Positions 50,036 to 60,225 of a stretch of DNA of 64,000 nt are shown piece after piece. Made by a program: the position numbers and the translations under genes. How positions within the stretch are numbered: position 1 is the stretch's first letter; the number at the start of each line of letters is the position of its first letter. The notes under the pieces were generated by a model. The model was given only the letters and a program-made list of their open reading frames with translations. It did not search any database and had not been told where the DNA came from. Source of the stretch: Campylobacterales bacterium (GTDB lineage: Bacteria; Campylobacterota; Campylobacteria; Campylobacterales; Sulfurovaceae); NCBI GenBank assembly GCA_016937775.1, contig JAFGVX010000050.1, positions 898 to 64,897 of the forward strand, written 5' to 3'.

Positions 50036-50094
50036 GTCACCCTGAATTTATTTCAGGGTCTAGTTTGTAGATTCTGAAACAAGTTCAGAATGAC
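50036..50094. repeat. Family-A inverted doublet (REPIN-like), 59 nt
   Basis: gtcaccctgaatttatttcagggtc + 9 nt + gattctgaaacaagttcagaatgac. Confidence 0.85.
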
Positions 50095-50758
50095 AGACGC
50101 TAAATATTTAACTATAAAAAGGGGTGCTGTGAAGTTAGCAGTATTTGATTTTGACTCAACTCTCATGGATGGAGAGACTATAGATTTTTTAGCGAGAGAG
50201 CTTGGTCTTGAGTCAGAGGTGGCACATATAACCCACGAAGCGATGGAAGGAAGGCTCGATTTTTTTAACTCTTTGCAAAGACGAGTAAAACTATTAAAAG
50301 GGCTTGAAAAGTCAAAAATGGATGAGATTTGCACATCTCTACCACTTGTCAATGGAGCCAAAGAAGCTATCGCTGGGCTTAAAGAGCGAGGCTATACGGT
50401 GGTATGTTTTTCCGGCGGATTTAGAAATGCTACAAAACCAGCTTGCGATAAACTTGGTATTGATGCTGATTTTGCAAACACACTTTATGACGAAAATGGA
50501 ATACTAACTGGTGAAGTTGGTGGTGAGATGATGTTTGGAAGTTCAAAAGGGGATATGCTTGTGCGTATCCAGTCTCTTATGGGCATCACACAAGAACATA
50601 CTCTAGCAGTGGGTGATGGTGCAAATGATCTTAGTATGTTTGCACATGCAAAAACCAAGATAGCATTTTGTGCCAAGCCGATACTCAAAGAGGCAGCTAC
50701 GCACATTGTGGATACAAGAGACCTCAAAGAGATACTTACTATCATTGACGGGCTTTAA
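50090..50758 (+). CDS. serB: Phosphoserine phosphatase
   Basis: VFDFDSTLMDGETID motif I, GDGANDL motif. The ATG at 50090 lies inside the repeat. GTG at 50129 (aaggggtgctGTG, giving MKLAVFDFDST) is a plausible true start. Confidence 0.8.
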   Translation: MTDAKYLTIKRGAVKLAVFDFDSTLMDGETIDFLARELGLESEVAHITHEAMEGRLDFFNSLQRRVKLLKGLEKSKMDEICTSLPLVNGAKEAIAGLKERGYTVVCFSGGFRNATKPACDKLGIDADFANTLYDENGILTGEVGGEMMFGSSKGDMLVRIQSLMGITQEHTLAVGDGANDLSMFAHAKTKIAFCAKPILKEAATHIVDTRDLKEILTIIDGL

Positions 50759-52512
50759 TGAAGTGTAGCATAAAAGGTCTCGTAGGGGAGATATTTAAGT
50801 ATAAGCGATTGCTTTTTCTTGGGCAGGTTGTAGCAGTTGTGGCGACTATCCTTATCTCGACTATCCCACTTTTTATTCCACTCCTTGTTGATGAGTTGCT
50901 TCTAGGGAGAGAGGCGAAACTGACCCATATACTCTCTGTGATTTTCGGGCAGATGGAAGTGTATGAGTATGTGCTTATCATTTTGGTTATTATCGTTTTT
51001 TTTCGATTTATAGCAACGCTTTTAGGCATTGCGCAGACTAAGATATTTGTCACTATCTCTAAAAAGATTACTTATAAGCTGCGAATAGCACTTCTAGATC
51101 ATCTTAAGCGAGTATCACTCAAAGAGTATGAGAATTTTAGTGTTGGCTCTATCACTTCCAAGCTTGTTACTGATATAGAGACACTTGACGGGTTTATAGG
51201 CACGACTGTCGGTAAGCTTATCATCGCTGTACTTACACTTTTTTTTTCAAGCATCATCCTTCTGTGGATACATTGGCCATTAGCGCTTTTTATTCTCTTT
51301 ACCAATCCAATCGTTGTCTATTTTACTGCAAAACTTTCACGCAATACCGGTATGCTTAAAAAGGACGAAAATAGAGCAACGGGGGAATTTCAAGGAAGTC
51401 TCTCAGATACTTTGGAGCTATTTCATCAAATAAAAGCGACAAATAAGGAGAGTTATTTCTTTGATAAGGTCAAGCAAAAGACAAAAGAGCTTAAAGAGTA
51501 CGCTATTGCCTATGGATACAAAAGCGATGTAGCTCTTAAGTGGAGCTTCTTGATGTTTCTAAGCGGCTATGAGGTCTTTAGAGCAGTGAGTATCTTAGCT
51601 GTTGCTTATAGTGATCTTAGCGTTGGTCTTATGCTTGCGATATTCTCCTATCTTTGGATCATGGTAGGACCAACCCAAGATGTCATCAATTTTCAATATA
51701 CGCTCTCAACAGCGAAGGCAGCATGTGGGAGGATAAATGAGATATTTGCTATGCATCAAGAGGAACATAAAGAGAACGCACTTGATCCGTTTAAGGGCAA
51801 GGAAGACATCTCTATAGAGCTCAAAAATCTCTCTTTTGCGTATGATAAAGATGAGATATTAAAAAATATTAATATCGGTATCAAAGCAGGAGAAAAGATA
51901 GTTATTGTCGGTTCTAGCGGAAGTGGGAAGAGTACGCTTGCAAATATAATCGTAGGATTTTACCCTATAATGCAAGGTGACATACTCTATGGAGATGTGA
52001 GCATAAAAGATATCAATCTTGCAACCGTTCGAGAGAATATTCATCTTATATTGCAACAACCTAAACTCTTTAATGATACAATACGATTCAATTTGACACT
52101 TGGCGCATATTATAGCGAGCATCAAATTGAAGAAGCTATCAAAATAGCGCAACTTGAAGATGTGATAGCCGGACTCAAAGACGGAGTCGACACGATCGTC
52201 GGCAGAGACGGCATCAAACTTAGCGGTGGACAAAGACAGAGAATAGCGATTGCTAGAATGGTTCTAGCAGATCCAAAAGTCGTGATATTTGATGAGTCAA
52301 CCTCTGCACTTGATACGCATACGGAAGGCAGACTTTTTGAGGCTCTTGAGAAGTTTCTTGAGTCAAAAACAGTCATCGTTATAGCACATAGATTGAGCAC
52401 TATTAAAGGTGCAAGTAAGATATTTGTGCTTGAAGGCGGTGTCGTAATCGATAGCGGAACACCCGATGAGCTGCTCGCAAAAGAGAGTGGCTATTTTGCA
52501 ACTATGAAATAG
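50758..52512 (+). CDS. ABC exporter, fused permease/ATPase (MsbA/multidrug-like)
   Basis: 584 aa. 6-TM domain, Walker A GSSGSGKST, signature LSGGQRQR, Walker B VVIFDE. Confidence 0.85.
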   Translation: MKCSIKGLVGEIFKYKRLLFLGQVVAVVATILISTIPLFIPLLVDELLLGREAKLTHILSVIFGQMEVYEYVLIILVIIVFFRFIATLLGIAQTKIFVTISKKITYKLRIALLDHLKRVSLKEYENFSVGSITSKLVTDIETLDGFIGTTVGKLIIAVLTLFFSSIILLWIHWPLALFILFTNPIVVYFTAKLSRNTGMLKKDENRATGEFQGSLSDTLELFHQIKATNKESYFFDKVKQKTKELKEYAIAYGYKSDVALKWSFLMFLSGYEVFRAVSILAVAYSDLSVGLMLAIFSYLWIMVGPTQDVINFQYTLSTAKAACGRINEIFAMHQEEHKENALDPFKGKEDISIELKNLSFAYDKDEILKNINIGIKAGEKIVIVGSSGSGKSTLANIIVGFYPIMQGDILYGDVSIKDINLATVRENIHLILQQPKLFNDTIRFNLTLGAYYSEHQIEEAIKIAQLEDVIAGLKDGVDTIVGRDGIKLSGGQRQRIAIARMVLADPKVVIFDESTSALDTHTEGRLFEALEKFLESKTVIVIAHRLSTIKGASKIFVLEGGVVIDSGTPDELLAKESGYFATMK

Positions 52513-52519
52513 GAAAAAA

Positions 52520-53290
52520 ATGGACATCATCCAAGCGATCATCATAGGTATAGTTGAAGGATTTACGGAGTTTTTGCCGATCTCTTCAACGGGTCATATG
52601 ATTATGGTCAATGACTTTCTAGGCATCAAGCAGAGTGAGCTTATCAAAGCGTATGAGATCATCATACAATTTGCGGCGATCTTGGCGGTAATGATAGCCT
52701 ATAGAGATAAATTGACGCTCAAAGAGTTTAATCTTTGGAAAAATGTCTTTGTCGCCTTTTTACCGTTGTTGGTTATCGGGTATATCTTTAAAGATGAGAT
52801 AAAATCACTTTTTTCGGTAGAGATAGTCGCATGGATGTTTATTGCCGGAGGTGTCATCTTTTTGATCGTAGAACAATTTTACAAAGAAGATGAGACGCAT
52901 ACGCGCACACTTGATAATGTGACTATGATACAGTCATTTTGGATAGGTATTGCGCAACTCTTTTCATTTATACCCGGCACAAGTAGGGCGGGTGCGACTA
53001 TCATAGGCGGGATGCTTCTAAAACTTGATCGTAAAACATCGGCAGAATTTTCTTTTTTACTTGCTATTCCCGTCATGGGGGCTGTGAGCGCTTATGATCT
53101 CTTGAAGCATTATGAGTCATTTGCATCGATTGATTGGACGCCGTTTATGATTGGTTTTATCATAGCATTTATTGTTGCGTTTGTGACGATTCGACTCTTT
53201 TTGGCATTTTTGCAGCGATTTACATTTGTTGCATTTGGTTGGTATAGAATTATCCTTGGAGTCTTGTTGCTTTTATTTTGGGTTTATTAG
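52520..53290 (+). CDS. uppP: Undecaprenyl-diphosphate phosphatase
   Basis: 256 aa. GIVEGFTEFLPISSTGH and PGTSRAGATI motifs. Confidence 0.9.
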   Translation: MDIIQAIIIGIVEGFTEFLPISSTGHMIMVNDFLGIKQSELIKAYEIIIQFAAILAVMIAYRDKLTLKEFNLWKNVFVAFLPLLVIGYIFKDEIKSLFSVEIVAWMFIAGGVIFLIVEQFYKEDETHTRTLDNVTMIQSFWIGIAQLFSFIPGTSRAGATIIGGMLLKLDRKTSAEFSFLLAIPVMGAVSAYDLLKHYESFASIDWTPFMIGFIIAFIVAFVTIRLFLAFLQRFTFVAFGWYRIILGVLLLLFWVY

Positions 53291-53372
53291 ATCTCTTTAT
53301 AAAGAGGTTTTATAAGTTCAAAGATTTTGAGCTAAAAAAGCGTTTTTACGTTTGCACATAAAAGGCAGTAGT

Positions 53373-54755
53373 ATGAATTTTAAAGATTTCAATTTTCACC
53401 CTGATGTAGAAAAGGGTGTGCGAATCGCAGGCTTTAAGGAGCCGAGTCCGATTCAAGAGATGTCTATCCCAATAGTCGCAGAGGGAAAAGATATGATAGG
53501 TCAAGCGCATACGGGTACAGGGAAAACGGCAGCTTTTGGTTTGCCCATGATTGATAAGATAGCAAAAGGTGAATGTGAGCGTGCACTCGTTATTACCCCC
53601 ACAAGAGAGCTTGCAACACAAGTGAGTGATGAGCTCTATCATCTCGGGAGATTTGCAGGTATTCGAACACTTACCGTATATGGTGGAGTGGGATACGGTA
53701 GACAGATAGCCCTTATCCACAAAGGAGTACAGATTGTAGTTGCCACTCCTGGGAGGCTCAAAGACCTCTATAAAAAAGGGAAGATCGATACATTTAACCC
53801 GGAGATTGTCGTGCTTGATGAGGCCGATGAGATGCTCGATATGGGATTTTTAGATGATATTAAAGAGATATTTGAGTATATTCCGCAAAATAGACAGACT
53901 CTGCTTTTTTCGGCAACTATGCCTGAACCCATCAAGGAGCTTGCAAACAGCATTCTTTATAAACCGGAGTTTATCTCCGTTATAGGTGATGAGGAGACAA
54001 CGAATAATATCATCGAGCAGGTCTATTATGTAATCAATGAGAATCAAAGAGATGAAGCAATTGTTAATTTGCTTGAGAGTGAAGATGTAGATAAATGCAT
54101 CATCTTCTGTAGAATGAAGCGAGAGGTCGACAGGCTTAGTGAACATCTTGAAGCGCTTGGATTTAGCGCCAAAGGGCTGCACGGGGATATAGAGCAAGAA
54201 GATAGAGAACTGATTATCAAAGGCTATAGAAGAGGTGAGATAAAGATAATGGTTGCAACAGATGTGGCAGCGCGTGGGCTTGATGTAAAGAATGTCTCAC
54301 ATGTTTTTAACTATCATATCCCTTTTGATCCGCAAAGCTATGTGCACCGAATAGGCAGAACAGGCAGAGCAGGTAAAAGTGGAAAAGCGATTACGCTTGT
54401 TTCAACAGAAGAGTTTAGAGAATTGCAAAGAATCAAAAAAGAGGTCGGTGCCGATATGAGGCTCTCAACCATATCACTTGCCCAGCAAGAGCCGACGATA
54501 GATATACAAAGTATCAAAGAGCATATTGATTCCATTGATATCGATCCTAACATCGATAACTATCTTGAAGAGCTTTCGAGTATAAAAGTGGATGTTTTAA
54601 TCAAAAAACTTCTTACTTACTATTTAGGCGATATACAAAACAGTGAAGATGATCTCTTGGGTTTTGACGAAGAAGAGGTTTCTCGAATGATGAAAGATTA
54701 CGACATGGAACAAAAAGAGACATATAGAGGCAATAAGCGTAAAAAAAGAAGATAA
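53373..54755 (+). CDS. DEAD-box ATP-dependent RNA helicase (second paralogue)
   Basis: GFKEPSPIQ, AHTGTGKT, DEAD, SAT, HRIGRTGR. The ATG at 53373 is preferred over the TTG at 53352. Confidence 0.9.
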   Translation: MNFKDFNFHPDVEKGVRIAGFKEPSPIQEMSIPIVAEGKDMIGQAHTGTGKTAAFGLPMIDKIAKGECERALVITPTRELATQVSDELYHLGRFAGIRTLTVYGGVGYGRQIALIHKGVQIVVATPGRLKDLYKKGKIDTFNPEIVVLDEADEMLDMGFLDDIKEIFEYIPQNRQTLLFSATMPEPIKELANSILYKPEFISVIGDEETTNNIIEQVYYVINENQRDEAIVNLLESEDVDKCIIFCRMKREVDRLSEHLEALGFSAKGLHGDIEQEDRELIIKGYRRGEIKIMVATDVAARGLDVKNVSHVFNYHIPFDPQSYVHRIGRTGRAGKSGKAITLVSTEEFRELQRIKKEVGADMRLSTISLAQQEPTIDIQSIKEHIDSIDIDPNIDNYLEELSSIKVDVLIKKLLTYYLGDIQNSEDDLLGFDEEEVSRMMKDYDMEQKETYRGNKRKKRR

Positions 54756-54823
54756 GCTATGCTTTTAATTTCTAAGCAAGTAAAACTATTTTATAATTCG
54801 TGAAACAATAAGGGAGATTCTAA

Positions 54824-55057
54824 ATGGAGACTAATTTAGTTTTAGAATCATTGAAATTTATGGTTCTTGGTATGGGGGTTGTTTTCCTATTTTTATATTT
54901 ACTTGTTCTTCTGATGCAGTTACAAGCTTTTATAGTTGGAAAATTTTTTTCAAATAATAATGACTCAAACACTATAGATACAAAAAAATCAAATGATTTA
55001 GATGAAAAAAGGCGAATTGCTGCGATTATAGGCGCCGTGATGCAGCATAAAAAATGA
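54824..55057 (+). CDS. oadG: Oxaloacetate decarboxylase gamma subunit
   Basis: 77 aa. Single TM helix with FMVLGMGVVFLFL pattern. Position upstream of oadA. Confidence 0.7.
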   Translation: METNLVLESLKFMVLGMGVVFLFLYLLVLLMQLQAFIVGKFFSNNNDSNTIDTKKSNDLDEKRRIAAIIGAVMQHKK

Positions 55058-55072
55058 TAAAGGCTTAAATGT

Positions 55073-56854
55073 ATGGCAAAAAAGTATATTGATATAATGG
55101 ATACTACTTTTAGGGATGGTTTCCAATCCGTCTTTGGAGGCAGAGTTCTCATGGATGATTTTCTCCCTGCTGTTGAAGCGGCAACAAAAGCGGGCATTAC
55201 GCATTTTGAATTTGGTGGGGGAGCCAGATTTCAATCCCTCTTTTTTTATCTTCAAGAAAATGCTTTTGAGATGATGGATAAGTTTCGCGAGATAGCGGGA
55301 TCAAAAGCAAACCTTCAGGTGCTCTCTCGTGGTATCAACACTGTGATGCTTGATACGGGCAGTAGAGAGATGATTGATCTTTTTGCAAAACTTTTTGCAA
55401 AGCACGGCACAACGACAGTAAGAAACTTCGATGCGCTCAATGATGTAGCCAATCTAGCCTATAGCGCAGAGTGTATTGTCAAGTATGGTATGAATCATGA
55501 AGTGGTCGTTACGATGATGGATCTGCCTCCGGGATGTGTGGGAGCGCATGATGTTGCTTTTTATGAAAAGACACTCAGAGATATACTTGATAGTGGTATA
55601 GAGTTTGACAGTGTCTGCTTCAAAGATGCAAGCGGAACATCAAATCCCAAAAAAGTATTTGATACCATCTTTATGGCGAGAAATCTTTTGGGGGAATCTG
55701 TTCAGTTGAGACTCCATACACATGAAACAGCAGGTGTGAGTGTCGCCTCTTATATGGCGGCACTTGAAGCCGGTGCGAACGGTATTGATATGGCTGCCGC
55801 TCCTGTAAGTGGCGGTACAAGCCAACCTGATATCCTCACAATGCTCCATGCAACCAAGGGGAGCGATTATAACCTTGGTGATCTTGAAACTTCCAAAATC
55901 TTAAAATACGAAGAGACACTCAGAGAATGTCTCAAAGACTACTTTATCCCACCTGAAGCCACACAAGTATCTCCTATTATTCCATTTTCTCCAATGCCCG
56001 GTGGTGCACTCACAGCCAATACGCAGATGATGCGAGATTCCGGCAATCTTGATAAATTTGATGAAGTGATACGCGCGATGAAAGAGGTCGTAGAGCGTGG
56101 AGGGTATGGTACATCCGTAACACCCGTGAGTCAATTCTATTGGCAACAAGCTTATGCCAATGTGATGTTTGGCCCATGGAATCAGATAGCTCCCGGATAT
56201 GGCAAGATGGTACTTGGATATTTCGGAAAAACTCCGGTGGAGCCTGATCCTGAAATAGTCAAACTTGCAAGTGAGCAGTTAAAGCTAGAGCCCACAAAAG
56301 AGAATCCGCTTGATTTTGCTGATAGAGATGAGACAAAAAGCATAGCATATTGGACAAAAGTTCTTGAAGAAGAAGCGATAAAAGTTACCGATGAAAATTT
56401 ATTTATAGCTGCATCTTGCGATAAAAAAGGTATAGCGTTCTTAAAAGGTGATAGTCCACTAATGGTAAGAAAAGGTGAAGAAAATAATACAAAAGGAGCC
56501 CATATGTCGGGGAATTATACAGTAGTTGTAGATGGTAAAAAATATAGTGTGCAAGTTGTTCAGGGGGAAGGTGAAGTGCAGATAAAAGAGGTGTCCACGC
56601 AGATACCTTCAGAAGTATGCACGCCAACATCTTGCACGGGTGAATTAGAGATTCATTCGCAAACTCCGGGAAGTGTTTGGAAGATACTTGCTAATCCGGG
56701 CGACAGCATTAAAGAGGGCGAAAAAATCATGATTTTGGAAGCTATGAAAATGGAGATAGATATTGTTGCACCTCAAGACGGTGTGATCTCTTCTGTAAAT
56801 GTTAAAGTAAATGATGCGGTTATTGACGGTCAGCTCCTAGCTACTATGGAGTAA
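55073..56854 (+). CDS. oadA: Oxaloacetate decarboxylase alpha subunit (carboxyltransferase plus biotinyl domain)
   Basis: 593 aa. DTTFRDGFQS N-terminus, biotinylation motif EAMKME near the C-terminus. Confidence 0.85.
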   Translation: MAKKYIDIMDTTFRDGFQSVFGGRVLMDDFLPAVEAATKAGITHFEFGGGARFQSLFFYLQENAFEMMDKFREIAGSKANLQVLSRGINTVMLDTGSREMIDLFAKLFAKHGTTTVRNFDALNDVANLAYSAECIVKYGMNHEVVVTMMDLPPGCVGAHDVAFYEKTLRDILDSGIEFDSVCFKDASGTSNPKKVFDTIFMARNLLGESVQLRLHTHETAGVSVASYMAALEAGANGIDMAAAPVSGGTSQPDILTMLHATKGSDYNLGDLETSKILKYEETLRECLKDYFIPPEATQVSPIIPFSPMPGGALTANTQMMRDSGNLDKFDEVIRAMKEVVERGGYGTSVTPVSQFYWQQAYANVMFGPWNQIAPGYGKMVLGYFGKTPVEPDPEIVKLASEQLKLEPTKENPLDFADRDETKSIAYWTKVLEEEAIKVTDENLFIAASCDKKGIAFLKGDSPLMVRKGEENNTKGAHMSGNYTVVVDGKKYSVQVVQGEGEVQIKEVSTQIPSEVCTPTSCTGELEIHSQTPGSVWKILANPGDSIKEGEKIMILEAMKMEIDIVAPQDGVISSVNVKVNDAVIDGQLLATME

Positions 56855-56857
56855 GCA

Positions 56858-58189
56858 ATGAAAATGAAGTCATTTTTACTCGCAGCTATTTTTATATTTT
56901 TTGCAAACACTGCAATGCTAAGCGCTTCTTCTGTTCATGAAAGTGCCACGGATGCACAACAGCAACAAGCAAAACCTTATGAGCCCAAAAGTATTGCGCA
57001 ACTCTCAGCTACTTTTTTAGAAAGAACCGGTATTTATGCGATGCTTTTTCCTCAAGAGGGTGTAACAAACGGTCACGGTGAAGAGATGACGCTCTTTGAG
57101 CAAAGTACAGGGAGAGTGATAATGTTTGCTATCATTTTTCTGCTCTTTTATCTTGCTATCGCAAAAGGGTTTGAGCCACTTTTGTTGTTACCGATAGCAT
57201 TTGGTGGATTACTTGCAAATATTCCCATTGCCAATATGACGAGTGATCATGGAATGCTTGGTATCATTTACAATATGGGAATTGCAAATGAATTTTTTCC
57301 TTTACTTATCTTCATGGGTGTGGGGGCGATGACCGATTTTGGTCCATTGCTTTCAAACCCGAAAACAGCACTCCTTGGCGGTGCGGCACAGTTTGGGATA
57401 TTTGGTTCACTCATAGGTGCAGCGGCACTCTCTCAATATACGGGTATTGTTGATTTTTCTTTACAGCAAGCAGGAGCCATTAGTATCATCGGGGGAGCCG
57501 ATGGTCCTACTTCTATCTTTATCGCTTCAAAACTTGCTCCCGAGCTTTTAGGAGCTATCGCCGTTGCAGCTTATTCATATATGGCACTTGTTCCCGTCAT
57601 CCAACCTCCGATTATGCGCGCTTTGACATCAAAAGAGGAGCGATGCATAGTGATGCCAAAAACAAGAGAGGTAAAGAGACTTGAAAAGTTGATTTTCCCG
57701 CTTATCGTTGTAATGATGATTGCACTTGTACTTCCTGATGCAGCTCCACTGATGGGTGCTTTTGCTTTAGGAAACTTTGCAAAAGAATCCGGCGTTGTTG
57801 ATAGACTTTCAAATGAGATGCAAAACTCTCTTATCAATATCGTTACTATCTTTTTGGGTCTTGGTGTCGGTTCAAAATTGGCATCTGATTCGTTTTTAGT
57901 TGCAGAAACGCTTGGAATTATGGTCATTGGCTTATTGGCTTTTGCAGCAGGAACGGCTGCAGGGGTTATTATGGGTAAAATAATGAACAAATTTTCAAAA
58001 GAGCCTATCAATCCACTCATTGGTGCAGCAGGGGTTTCTGCGGTACCAATGGCGGCGCGTGTTGTAAGTAAGGTTGGTGCGGAAGAGAAGCCCGGTAATA
58101 TACTGTTGATGCATGCGATGGGTCCGAATGTTGCCGGAGTCATTGGGTCGGCAGTTGCAGCAGGTGTGTTGCTTTCTATTTTTAATTAA
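56858..58189 (+). CDS. oadB: Na+-translocating oxaloacetate decarboxylase beta subunit
   Basis: 443 aa polytopic membrane protein with OadB-type glycine-rich helices. Confidence 0.85.
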   Translation: MKMKSFLLAAIFIFFANTAMLSASSVHESATDAQQQQAKPYEPKSIAQLSATFLERTGIYAMLFPQEGVTNGHGEEMTLFEQSTGRVIMFAIIFLLFYLAIAKGFEPLLLLPIAFGGLLANIPIANMTSDHGMLGIIYNMGIANEFFPLLIFMGVGAMTDFGPLLSNPKTALLGGAAQFGIFGSLIGAAALSQYTGIVDFSLQQAGAISIIGGADGPTSIFIASKLAPELLGAIAVAAYSYMALVPVIQPPIMRALTSKEERCIVMPKTREVKRLEKLIFPLIVVMMIALVLPDAAPLMGAFALGNFAKESGVVDRLSNEMQNSLINIVTIFLGLGVGSKLASDSFLVAETLGIMVIGLLAFAAGTAAGVIMGKIMNKFSKEPINPLIGAAGVSAVPMAARVVSKVGAEEKPGNILLMHAMGPNVAGVIGSAVAAGVLLSIFN

Positions 58190-58201
58190 AAGAGGATATT
58201 T

Positions 58202-59794
58202 ATGAGTTCCAAGAGTATGCCAAATGGACTTGACAAGTTAGGGTTGGATATTACGGGAAAAGTTTATTATAATTTAAGCTATGATGAGCTTCAAGCTCAT
58301 GAAGTCAATCGTTCTGAGTGTAAGATTTCCACAACAGGTACCGCTATGTGTGATACCGGTATTTTTACAGGAAGAAGCCCCAAAGATAAGTATTTTGTAG
58401 ATCAATCTCCTTCTAACAAAGAGATAGCCTGGGGTGAGATTAATAAACCCATAAAAAAAGAGGTTTATGATGAACTTTTAGAGCTCAGTAAAAAACAGCT
58501 TTCCAATAAAGACATTTATATAATGGATGTATATGCAGGTGCGAGTTTAGAGAGCAGAAAAAAGATTCGTTTTATATCTGAAGTTGCTTGGCAGGCGCAT
58601 TTTGTAAAAAATATGTTTATTCGACCGACGGAAAAAAAGTTGGAAGATTTTGAACCTGATTTTGTAGTCTATAATGCCTGCAAAACAACCAATGAGAAAT
58701 ATAAAGAAGAAGGACTTAATTCGGATGTCTTTGTAGTTTTCAATATAGAAGAGAATGTTTGCATCATTGGCGGAACATGGTACGGTGGAGAGATGAAAAA
58801 AGGGATTTTTTCGATGATGAACTATTGGTTGCCTTTAGAGGGTAAATTACCAATGCATTGTTCGGCAAATGTCGGTGTAGAGGGCGATGTTTGTCTCTTT
58901 TTTGGTCTCTCTGGTACCGGTAAAACTACTCTATCGACCGATCCACACAGAGCACTAATAGGTGATGATGAGCATGGATGGGATGATAACGGTGTTTTTA
59001 ATTTTGAAGGCGGATGTTATGCAAAAGTGATCAATCTTGATCCGAGAAGTGAGCCTGAGATTTATGGTGCAATCAAAAAAGATGCACTTTTAGAAAATGT
59101 CGTTTATGATGTGGACGGACGTGTAGATTATAGTGATAGCAGTAAAACTGAAAATACACGAGTTTCTTACCCCATAGAGCATATTGAAAATTTTAAAGAA
59201 AATATGCAGGCGGGACATCCTTCTAATATCATTTTCTTAACAGCCGATGCATTTGGTATCTTGCCTCCTGTTAGTAAATTGACTAAAGAGCAAGCTATGT
59301 ACTATTTCTTAAGTGGATATACTGCAAAAGTGGCAGGGACAGAGCTTGGGATTACTGAGCCTGTTGCAACTTTCAGTGCTTGTTTTGGTGAAGCATTTTT
59401 ACCGTTACATCCTACTAGGTATGCAAAACTTTTAGGTGAAAAGATTGACAAATATAATGTAAATGTATATCTTGTAAATACCGGTTGGACGGGTGGCTCA
59501 TACGGTATAGGTAAACGTATGAGTATCAAAAACACAAGAGCATGTATCGATTCGATTCTCAGTGGTACCATTTTGGATGCCGAGTTTGAAAAACTTGATG
59601 TTTTTGATCTTTCAATTCCAAAATCACTTCCCGGAACGAACAGTGAAGTACTCAATCCTCGAAATACATGGGAAGATAAAGAAGCGTATGATAAAAAACT
59701 TCATGAGTTAGCAAAGATGTTTATCGAGAATTTCAAAAGATATGATGATAAGGGTAGTGAGTTTGATTTTGCCTCTGCAGGACCCCAATTATAG
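58202..59794 (+). CDS. pckA: Phosphoenolpyruvate carboxykinase (ATP)
   Basis: 530 aa. GRSPKDK, kinase-1a [19 protein letters not shown]. Confidence 0.95.
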   Translation: MSSKSMPNGLDKLGLDITGKVYYNLSYDELQAHEVNRSECKISTTGTAMCDTGIFTGRSPKDKYFVDQSPSNKEIAWGEINKPIKKEVYDELLELSKKQLSNKDIYIMDVYAGASLESRKKIRFISEVAWQAHFVKNMFIRPTEKKLEDFEPDFVVYNACKTTNEKYKEEGLNSDVFVVFNIEENVCIIGGTWYGGEMKKGIFSMMNYWLPLEGKLPMHCSANVGVEGDVCLFFGLSGTGKTTLSTDPHRALIGDDEHGWDDNGVFNFEGGCYAKVINLDPRSEPEIYGAIKKDALLENVVYDVDGRVDYSDSSKTENTRVSYPIEHIENFKENMQAGHPSNIIFLTADAFGILPPVSKLTKEQAMYYFLSGYTAKVAGTELGITEPVATFSACFGEAFLPLHPTRYAKLLGEKIDKYNVNVYLVNTGWTGGSYGIGKRMSIKNTRACIDSILSGTILDAEFEKLDVFDLSIPKSLPGTNSEVLNPRNTWEDKEAYDKKLHELAKMFIENFKRYDDKGSEFDFASAGPQL

Positions 59795-59799
59795 GGATT

Positions 59800-60225
59800 C
59801 TATCTTAGATCAGCTCTTTTTGTGAGACTCAAAGAGAGGTTGAATTGTCGTGCTAGACCTTCCTCTTTGCTCTCCATCTCACCCTCATCAGCTTCATGGT
59901 CAAACCCAAGTAGATGCAACATGCCGTGGATAAAGAGTATTGCTACTTCATTCTTAAGGTCATGATTATGCTCTTTTGACTGTTTTTGAGCAGTTTCTAG
60001 AGAGATTACTATGGAACCTAGGGGCATATTTTTCATTTGATGATACAGTGGAAAGCTCAATACATCGGTTGGTTTATCATTGTGTCTATAATGAAGATTA
60101 AGCTCTTTGATGTGTGCATCATCTACAAGTAAAAGTTCAATGTCTCTATCTGTAATACTTAAGGCAATATCCTCTAGTATGTCAAGATTGATTTTAATGT
60201 CTGTTTTATTATCTATAGCTATCAT
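59800..60225 (-). CDS. ybeY: rRNA maturation endoribonuclease YbeY
   Basis: 141 aa. HGMLHLLGFDH zinc motif. Confidence 0.9.
   Translation of the reverse strand: MIAIDNKTDIKINLDILEDIALSITDRDIELLLVDDAHIKELNLHYRHNDKPTDVLSFPLYHQMKNMPLGSIVISLETAQKQSKEHNHDLKNEVAILFIHGMLHLLGFDHEADEGEMESKEEGLARQFNLSLSLTKRADLR

Noticed and set aside
37516-50094. Possibility that the recurring palindromic repeats are a CRISPR array
   Set aside because: The repeats are dispersed over many loci. They sit singly or in inverted pairs, not as direct repeats with regular unique spacers. They belong to several families, and no cas genes are present.
50053-50361. 102-aa minus-strand ORF
   Set aside because: It is antisense to serB, which has clear HAD motifs, and its C-terminal end runs into the repeat doublet.
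53352-53372. TTG start extending the second DEAD-box helicase by 7 codons
   Set aside because: The ATG at 53373 aligns with the paralogue N-terminus (MNFKDFNF versus MTFLDFNL) and has an AAGG upstream.
57571-58143. 190-aa minus-strand ORF inside oadB (similar long antisense ORFs occur in acnB, carB and mreB)
   Set aside because: It is the mirror frame of a strongly supported, Gly/Ala-rich membrane-protein gene. There is no independent evidence for it.
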